DNA from: Catajapyx aquilonaris
Taxonomy: Eukaryota
Reading direction: 5' to 3'
Length of the DNA stretch: 22,728 bases
Assembly: GCA_000934665.2 (NCBI GenBank)
Contig: KZ538312.1
Location: forward strand, 62,001 to 84,728
Of this stretch, positions 10,801 to 18,078 are shown in pieces. Each line of letters starts with the position of its first letter. Position 1 is the stretch's first letter. A program made the position numbers and the translations under genes. Under the pieces are notes generated by a model. The model did not search any database. It was not told the DNA's origin and worked only from the letters and a program-made list of their open reading frames with translations.

Positions 10801-13800
10801 ATTCTCTGAGGCCTTGAACTTTGCTGACGCTGCAGTGCGGTGTTTACACTGGTGGCGAATAGCAGGCTGGCAAAACTTACCAAATTTGTGCCAAATTGAC
10901 TTTGATTTTAAAATTTTTGGGCAAAATTAGCAATTTGGCCTTGGCCTATAGTAGCAATCAGCTGGGATGGCCCTTTTTTTTTTCTCTCTCTCTAGGATGA
11001 TAATCGTTCTGTGCTATCGATTTCGCCAGCAATGATCTCCTCCAAACTTTTTGCACACTGAAGCTGGAATGAAATACATGGTTGCAACTTGCAAAGTTTA
11101 GTTGGAAGAAATTTTTTTTGGTGGGCCGTCCACAGTCTCCTTTGTGCACCTTTTATGGGATTTGGCGAAGATTATTATTTTGGGGGGGTGCATTGCGTTT
11201 GTCGTTGCAGAGCAAGTTTGCGTCGCAGGTAGCAAAAGCACATCGGAATGATCTGCGGGAACTAAATTGTAGTGATTGACACCCTGACGAACGCAGTGTT
11301 TTTAAATTAATAATTTTTATCCCCCCAGTAAGTTGTGCATTGTGAGGGATACGCAGTGTTCAATTAATAATAAATAATTTTTATATCCGGCAAGTTATGT
11401 GTTGTGAGGGATGCGCAGTGTTAATTGCGAGTAAGTAAATAAATAAAATGCCAAGGAGACTAGAGCATGCGTCCTTTCCGGCCGTGAATTTGAAATAAAA
11501 GTTGTAATTGGCGTCATGCTGCGGCCCGTAATTATCATTAGATGAGGGTTTTTTTCCCCCCCTAATGCTAGGTTTTGCATTTTAAAAAAAGTGAAACTCT
11601 CTCTCTCCCACCATTCCATCCGCTATTCTCATAGCTTATGAAAAATCAAGTTGCAATTTTTATGCAAAAGTGCTTGTGGGAGAGAAGGAACTTTCACTTC
11701 TTACTCTTTACGGTGCTTCAATTTTTATGCCAGGTATAGCCTTGCATGTTGCCGTGTTGCATTGTAACGTCTCCGCAGTCCGTCACACGCATTCGTGAAA
11801 GTTCAGGCTTGGTTTGACCGAGCTCTTGTTACAAGTGTAGGTAAGAGTCAGACATCCGGAACTCTCAAAAAAATGTCCATCGCACGCACTTTTAAAACAT
11901 AAGCCGACTTGCCCCCCTCGCATGCAAATAACTTCATTTTGGTGCCAGTTTTCACCTGACGTTGCGCAATTCGAAAGTTATGAAAACTCTTTGCCGGACA
12001 GTGCTGCGAATATTGAAACAAAAGCGTGCTGCAATCGCTTGGAATTAGAGTAATTTTTTTTTTGGCGATTGTTATGTTTCGTGAGTAAACATATTTTTTT
12101 CCAGGCACGCTTCATTTTTTTTTTAGAGTTGCAGATTTCTCCCCAGCATGTTTTCTGCTATTGTGCCGGCTGCAACTTGGAGCACCGTGTTGTGCATTGG
12201 TTGCCATGGTGTCCGTTACCTGTCATGTACTGTCAGAACTATTTTAATGATGTGAACCAGACCGCACTAAACTTGGGGACCGGCCATTTGTTTTTCTGCA
12301 GTGCCTTTCAAAAAAAATGAATGCGCAAACACTGCCTGCCGTTGTTTTCCCGGTCAATTTTAAAAAACCGGCGTGCCCACGAACTTCCAAGAATTTTTGC
12401 CTGCCATTTGCCATTTGATGCTCTGCAGAAAGTGTATGTTTCCCCCCCCCCCGGTGCCATGGGAACGTCTTTAACATCAAAAGCACTGTACGCATTTTTT
12501 CTGATCCGACTCTTTTTTTTCTTTCTTGCAGAATGGTGACCTCTGCATCTCGATACTCCACCCACCAGTGGACGATCCTCAGAGTGGCGAGCTGCCCTGC
12601 GAGAGATGGAATCCAACCCAGACTGTTCGGTGAGGCGTTTACGAAAAAGACGTCAAAAAATTCTTTGCGTGCCACTTTTTCCTACCTGTTGGACGAGGGA
12701 GGGCAGGATATATCTATGCAAGGCGACGGATAAGGATCCGGCCAGTTTTGTGTCTGTTGCCATGGAGGCGCTGGGATTAAATGTCGCAGCCTCATTTTTG
12801 CGGGACCAAAACGTGGGATGCTTCTGAGCTGTTTGGCCAAAGGATCGGGTTGATAATGGGTGCTGCTGGTTCCCATGACGACTTGTGTCGCTGTGGGGGG
12901 AGATTTGATTTCTCTTTTCTTTTTTTGTCTCGTGGAATTGCTCATGCCGGCTGGATTCACTTTTTCGTGGAGGCCAAATAACTTGCTCAGAGGGTAAAGC
13001 AAGCAGACGCTCTGTATCGGGCTGTATTATTAATGCCCTTGCGAGAGTTGGTTTCGGAGCCAGAAATAGAAACCGCTATACGTGTCTATACGTGTAAGTG
13101 GATCCCCTAAAAGTGCTTCGGCCGCATTGGGGGGGGAGCTTCCAGGCTAATTGAGACAGCCCGTGTGCATGATTGCGTTATGTCGCAGTCCGCACTCTTC
13201 CAATCTTAAATTAATTGGCAGCATTTTAAAAGTCGTTGAATAATACGCAGACCTTTGCTTTCATTATTTTCACCTTGCATTTGCAAGGGAAGGCCCTGCT
13301 TGTGCCCTTCCTCTCCCAATGCGGACTCTATTTTGGGACTAGATCATTATTCCAATAGTTTTCGTAAGGGTCACGTTCAGGTGTGCTGCTTTGATAGTGG
13401 GCGCAGCGTGTTTATGCTATTGCAAAGTACTCTTAAGTGTTTGTTTAATTCGGCGGATTCTGATCAGTGCGGGTTCACTGTCGTAGAACTTTGCTCCTGA
13501 CAATAACCCTCCCGCCCATTCATGATCTATTGCTGGAACCGTTGACATGGCGACGACCTCTACTGCGGACTCTCCTGGACCGCGTTTTTTCCTCCCCCCC
13601 ACATTGCGTAACCTTTTCGCTGCTCAGGTTGGCACATCCAATAGCGAAATGTGCAATGAAACGAGAGTAGGGAACGTCTCATGTGAAAAGGACTTAACCA
13701 GCCCGTGCCATCTGAATCCGCCTCAGCAGTTGCCATAGGGATCTGCTGACGTCTTGTACTTACATCTGAGCCGTTGCCATACTAGGCCGTCCCAACGCAA

Positions 13801-14454
13801 TTCACTCTCGCACACACGCATATTTATTTATTCATTTAATACCCCGTCATGTGGTCTTACACCTCGTTACGCATTGTCATAATAGGCCGACAGACCTGTC
13901 GTAACATACTTATTGATGGTGCTAATGTACGCGTTTTCTTCCCCTTTTGGTTTGACCTGGACAATGGGGACGATGCAGCACCATCCTGTTGTCTGTGATC
14001 TCCCTCCTGAACGAGCCCAACACATTCAGTCCGGCGAACGTGGATGCGTCGGTCATGTACCGCCGGTTTAAGGACTCCAAGGGGAAGGACAAGGAGTACG
14101 AGAACATCATCAGGTTTGTGTGCGGCTCGGGGTTGAGTTTGCGGACTTTGGAACTTGACATTTTTTTTCTTCTGGATTCGCAGGAAGCAGGTCCAGGCGT
14201 CGCTTCAGGAGGCGGAGAAGGACGGAGTGGTCGTCCCCACCACCTTAGAGGACTATGTGGTGAAGACCCAGGTCAAGCCGCCGGAGAACTCGCTGGACAT
14301 GACGGACTTTTACGACGATGACTACGACCTGGACGATGACGACGAGGACGAGGACGACAGCAGCAACAACAACACTGGTGATGATGGAGGGGACGCCGCT
14401 TCGGAGGAGGGCGAGTACGAGGACGCAGATGATAGTGGGAACGGGGAGTCGTGA
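569..14454 (+). CDS. UBE2R2: Ubiquitin-conjugating enzyme E2 R (CDC34/UBE2R family), whole spliced CDS, 5 exons, 774 nt, 257 aa
   Basis: Exons of 183+87+98+135+271 nt join in frame through GT-AG introns. The protein has the UBC fold with HPN motif, the catalytic Cys in [10 protein letters not shown], the Cdc34 acidic loop ([16 protein letters not shown]) and an acidic tail ending DDSGNGES. It is probably a single invertebrate co-ortholog of CDC34 and UBE2R2. Confidence 0.96.
940..1207. other. Assembly gap (268 N); a second gap of 14 N at 2878-2891
   Basis: Run of N. A similar GGGGG(A)TATAGTTGGAG motif occurs on both sides, which suggests an unresolved repeat. Confidence 0.99.
1250..1960. repeat. 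Nest of degenerate direct and inverted repeats with TTTGTTTGTCC...GGAC(A/G)AACAAA hairpin cassettes
   Basis: Cassettes at about 1262-1315, 1358-1419, 1572-1635, 1750-1809 and 1889-1956. Inverted pairs: 1658-1697 with 1861-1899, and 1526-1551 with 1827-1852. Confidence 0.75.
1451..1492. repeat. (CAAA)n microsatellite, about 10 units
   Basis: Read directly. Confidence 0.95.
5628..5714 (+). CDS. UBE2R2: UBE2R/CDC34 coding exon 2 ([29 protein letters not shown])
   Basis: Acceptor TTTTTTTCAG|, donor GAG|GTGAGT, 87 nt, phase 0/0. Contains the FP.DYP..PP and HPN motifs. Confidence 0.96.
6585..6684. repeat. Perfect 30-bp inverted repeat (6585-6614 / 6623-6652, 8-nt loop) followed by a partial direct copy
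   Basis: ATTATAATCAGATTAAAAAATGTGTTGTTG-tacacttt-CAACAACACATTTTTTAATCTGATTATAAT. The core TGTTGTTGTACACTTTC recurs at about 6661 and 7053. Confidence 0.9.
7759..7802. repeat. (GA)22 microsatellite
   Basis: Read directly. Confidence 0.97.
8518..8687. mobile_element. 170-bp palindromic non-autonomous Tc1/mariner-type element (MITE) with TA target-site duplication
   Basis: TA|CAGTACTGGCCAA...TTGGCCAGTACTG|TA. Arms of about 69 bp (8518-8586 / 8619-8687) differ only by two 2-nt indels, with a 32-nt spacer. The terminus resembles the Tc1 TIR start CAGTGCTGGCCAA. Confidence 0.8.
11291..11425. repeat. Degenerate tandem repeat, unit about 60 bp, about 2.3 copies
   Basis: CGCAGTGTT...TAATTTTTAT...AAGTT.TG..TTGTGAGGGAT units start at about 11291, 11350 and 11413. 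Confidence 0.8.
12532..12629 (+). CDS. UBE2R2: UBE2R/CDC34 coding exon 3 with the catalytic Cys (TGC 12544-12546) and acidic loop
   Basis: Acceptor TTTCTTGCAG|, translation [32 protein letters not shown](R), donor CG|GTGAGG, 98 nt, phase 0/2. This frame is absent from the ORF track. Confidence 0.96.
13979..14113 (+). CDS. UBE2R2: UBE2R/CDC34 coding exon 4 ([44 protein letters not shown])
   Basis: Acceptor ATGCAG|, donor AG|GTTTGT, 135 nt, phase 2/2. Contains the conserved SLL.EPN..SPAN motif. Confidence 0.95.
14184..14454 (+). CDS. UBE2R2: UBE2R/CDC34 terminal coding exon 5 ([24 protein letters not shown]...acidic tail...DDSGNGES*)
   Basis: 70-nt intron, acceptor TTCGCAG|. Encodes the Cdc34-type VPTTL.EY extension and acidic tail; TGA at 14452-14454. 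Confidence 0.95.
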
Positions 14455-15768
14455 CGCCCCCTCTTCCGCCCCCTTCCTTCCTCCTCCTCCTCCCCCTCCT
14501 CCTCTTCCCGCGCACCTGTGGTTGTATCGAGAGTGTCTAGAGCCAGGAATGACGGGCAGGCTTGATTATTTCGCACTCCCTTCTTGAATGCCTTGTCGCC
14601 GCGGCAGCCCAGCTCGCCTCAAGTTGTTAGGGGCGTCAACAACTGACTCGCATCTAATAAGAGGAGCTTGGACTTTTTTTTAAACGCCGGTGGACAAACC
14701 CGAGGCATTTGAGCAGGGCCAGGTGCTTTCTGTTTAGAGTCATCATTATTCTTTTTTACAATTTATTGCTTTTGAGAGGAGCTATGCCATGCACGCAAAA
14801 CACCCGAGAAATTTAAAAAGTTCTTCGAGTCGTACTAGTGGGATGTGGTCGCCATTGTTGAACGGGCGACTTGAGCGACTATTCGTATTCTCTGCTCAAA
14901 AGCGAGAACTAGCATAGCGAGTTGACAGCATGGACTGATGCGCTGTTGGTTCAGCAAGTACGTCTTGGCGACAGCAGCGCATAGCACGAAACGTTAATTT
15001 CATTTGTTCGTTAACATTGTTGGATGTTTTTGTACGATACACTTGCACATTTTGTTCGTCGTTTTGTAATTAAATTCGTAAGCTGGCATTTTTTTCGAGT
15101 TTGAATTTTGTGCCGTGGGCGACGTTGGATTGTCGTCGGTTCATGCTGTCATCTTCCGTGATTCACGTTACTTTTTTTTTTCCGGGTTCGTTTCTAGTAG
15201 AATGTGGGAATGCTGCTGGTAAATTAGGAGTGATGGAAAAGTTTGTGGGCTCCTAATCACACTGTTCTTTACAATCACCATCCCCTATCCCCCCCTGATG
15301 TACCAAAACCCTGATTTAAACGACAGAAGAAAAAAATATTCATGTGTAAAGCCCCCCCCCCCCCCGACTGGACAAGTGATGGACAATGAAAATATCACGG
15401 ACAGTTTTTCGGCCAGTCGAGTTGCGGGGAGACATTTCATTTCTTTTTTTTAAAACCAACCCCCCCCTTTCCTGTGCATGTGTCATCACCGATTGAAAAC
15501 ACGACCCTCCCCACGATATTTTACAAAGTGAAAGCGAAGAGGAGAAGGGGAGGGGGCAAAAAAAGGGGGGGGGGGACTAAGATTTTATTTCATGCCCCCC
15601 CTTCCTTTCCCCCCCTTTTTATTCTTGTGTGTGCGAAGTGCGATTTTTGTGAACATGAAAAATCCTGCGCGTACTCCCCCATCTCCACGCAAACATCCCC
15701 CGCCCCCACACTTCCATCCATTTTTTTCAAATCAGGGGCGGGGGGGGATGCGGATGGATGTATTTAAA

Positions 15769-15774
15769 AATAAA
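15769..15774 (+). terminator. Candidate poly(A) signal for the canonical UBE2R mRNA (alternatives: ATTAAA about 15069, AATAAA 16368)
   Basis: AATAAA motif only; which site is used cannot be determined here. Confidence 0.3.
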
Positions 15775-17135
15775 TGAGGATTTTTTTTTAAAAAAAAAGG
15801 AGGAACATTGTTCAAGCGAGAGAGAAAACAAGTGGGTATGTGTGATAAAAAGACTTCATGATAAATGTCAGTGTTGTTAACGAAATGTTTGGGGAGGGGT
15901 TTTTTTTCCCCGTTGATTAATTTTATCTGTGCTAATTATCGTGGGGGGCAGGGAGGGGAGCGTCACCATAACTACAGTTAATTTTTTAAATGGATGTGTT
16001 GTTGTTGTTGTTTTTTTTTTGTTTAAATGCGGAGGGAGTTTTGTACCAATCGGACTATCCCGCAAAGAGAAGAAAAAAAAAACTTTTGCCATCCACAAGT
16101 GTTTTTTCTTTTTCTTTTAAAAAGTGTTTCCCCCATCAGAATTGTGATGCACTCGTATATGTAAAAAAAATAAGCTCATTTTTTTGGGGTGATATTAATT
16201 ATTATTATTTTTTTTTTTTGCCTTTTCGCCCACCCACATTTTTTTTTTTTTTTTATGAATGAAAAGTATTGTTGAGTAGTGTTTCGGAGGGAGAAAATTT
16301 CGAAGCAAGAAGTGCACGGTAGATAATCGACTGATCTTTGGGAGACAGCTAAGGATTTTTTTTTTTAAATAAAAAAAAGGATATATATTTGCTCTTTAAA
16401 TGTCACAACTATAGTAGTCGGTTGGTGCCAAGTGAAATTTTTTTGAAGAAAAGAAAAGGAAAAAAAATTTGCTAACCAGTCGAATAGCTTTTTTTTCCCC
16501 CCCCCTGGGAATGTTGTTTGCTATAGGTTGTACTTGGTGTAAATTTTAATTATTCTTTTGAAAAGCTCATAACAGGGTGTGTGTGTCGTCTCGTTAAAAA
16601 AAAACGAAAGGGAGTGATTTGATATACCAACCTGTGTCCCCCCCGCCCCATCTGCCCGACACCTTTTTTATACGATCGTGCCACCCTGAGAAGCCGCTTT
16701 TGAGCTCTTTAATAATTACAGTTTGTTTTTTTTCCTAAGGGACTTAAAGACGACATTTCCAATTGTGTGTGCTTAACAAGCGTCGCCCAAAGAATGTATC
16801 TTCTTTGTTGTGTCATTTCGAAATGCAAGTTGGTGATTTTTCGACTTTCCCTCCCCCCCCCCATCGTCACATGCGTCCCCCACAAATATGAAGACTTCAA
16901 AGTAACATACCCTCCCGCCCCAAAAGACAAAAGTCATCAAAAAAAAAAAACTCGTCCAGACGTTGTTTCATCACATTTTTTTTTTTTTGATCAGTGTATA
17001 AAAAAAACATGACTAGAGCAAAAAATAGTACAGTGTGTTGAATTATTTCTTGTGAGCCAAGTGTCCGAACCTTTTTTCCTTACTGTACCTTTTCCCTCCC
17101 TCTTTCCCCCCCCGTTTCCTTCCCGCTGCGGACAG

Positions 17136-17347
17136 GAAGCCGGTCGACGTCTGCGGCGACCACTGCGAGCTCAAAGATGAGACGAAAGCACTCCTGCAAG
17201 TCCGCCGGCCTAGGTCAAACCAACACAAAAGTGCCCGTCCGCAGCTCACCCCATCCTCCACCTCCTCCGCCGTCACAGAGCGTCCATCCACAACCCATAC
17301 CTGCCGCCACCAACAACTGCCATCCGCAGGTTCAAGTACTTCTGCCG
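17136..17347 (+). CDS. Putative alternative exon 5b of UBE2R (KPVDVCGDHCELKDETKALLQVRRPRS...SAGSSTSA)
   Basis: About 55-nt polypyrimidine tract, then GACAG|GAAGCCGGTC. Open in the phase-2 frame left by UBE2R exon 4. Donor G|GTAAGG at 17348. Confidence 0.55.
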
Positions 17348-17416
17348 GTAAGGGATTGTGCGGGCAGCTGGAGTTAACGGAGCATGACAAAATCTTTTTT
17401 TTTATTTGAACGTTAG

Positions 17417-17718
17417 GATCAAGCAGAATCCCAGGAGCCCCCGCCGGATCCCTCGCGGACAGGTCAACCGTAGACCTAAGCAGCTCGTCCCTCAGGGGAA
17501 GGAAAAGGCCGTCCTCGGGCGGTCCGACCATTGCAACCGTCGCCACCGAGAGTGCCGCCAGCCCCTTGTCGTCATCCACCTCCAGCCTTACCTCCGACCC
17601 CGTGAATACCCCAAGCCCTTCCGCTGAAGCCGCCTTAGACAGTTCCGACACCGGCTCAGACGAGTCCATACCCGACACCGCCAAGAAGGTGAGTCGGCCC
17701 AAGCAGCAGCGGATGTGA
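17417..17718 (+). CDS. Putative alternative terminal exon 6b of UBE2R (Ser/Pro-rich; ...LRGRKRPSSG...DSSDTGSDES...KQQRM*)
   Basis: 69-nt intron containing an in-frame TGA, acceptor TTAG|. The frame stays open for 100 codons to TGA 17716-17718, followed by an AATAAA cluster. Confidence 0.55.
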
Positions 17719-17843
17719 AGAAGTTCTCCCCGTTTAAATTTTTTTTTTTTTTTTTCGAGACCAAAAAAAAAGTTTGTCCCTTCACTTTTTGGACGCTCAG
17801 GATTCAATGAAGTTGGTTAAAACCCCATAGTAACAATTACGCT

Positions 17844-17904
17844 AATAAAATAATAAAATAAAAAAAAGGAGGGCTGCATGACATGTGTGTTTCCATTCAA
17901 TAAA
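17844..17904 (+). terminator. Cluster of poly(A) signals (AATAAA at 17844, 17852, 17857, 17899)
   Basis: Read directly, 125-185 nt after the stop at 17718. Confidence 0.55.
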
Positions 17905-17960
17905 TTCATTTTTCCAACAATTATTATTATCGACAACACTTATTGTCGGTTGGTATCGCT

Positions 17961-18078
17961 TCATGATGCCCACCAGCGCTCTACTTTGGGTACGCTCTTG
18001 GGTTGCGGGACGTCCAGGGTAACCATCTTTCTTCGCCTCTGAGCCGCAGGTAGTTGCCTTCCTTTTTTCACGCATGCC
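17961..18078 (-). CDS. Discoidin gene probable exon 7 (ACVKKGRQLPAAQRRRK...VERWWAS*)
   Basis: Acceptor CCCCCTGCAG|, phase 2, matching a weak donor AG|GTCTCG at 18155. The alternative is read-through to TAA at 18140. Confidence 0.5.

Noticed and set aside
15340..16990. Many poly-G, poly-C, poly-T and poly-A runs as G-quadruplex or regulatory elements
   Set aside because: Such runs occur throughout the window, often next to single N bases, so run lengths are unreliable in this draft.
17043..17807. 254-aa minus-strand ORF
   Set aside because: It is the antisense shadow of the + strand exons and runs through homopolymer tracts. Splice and poly(A) signals point to the + strand.
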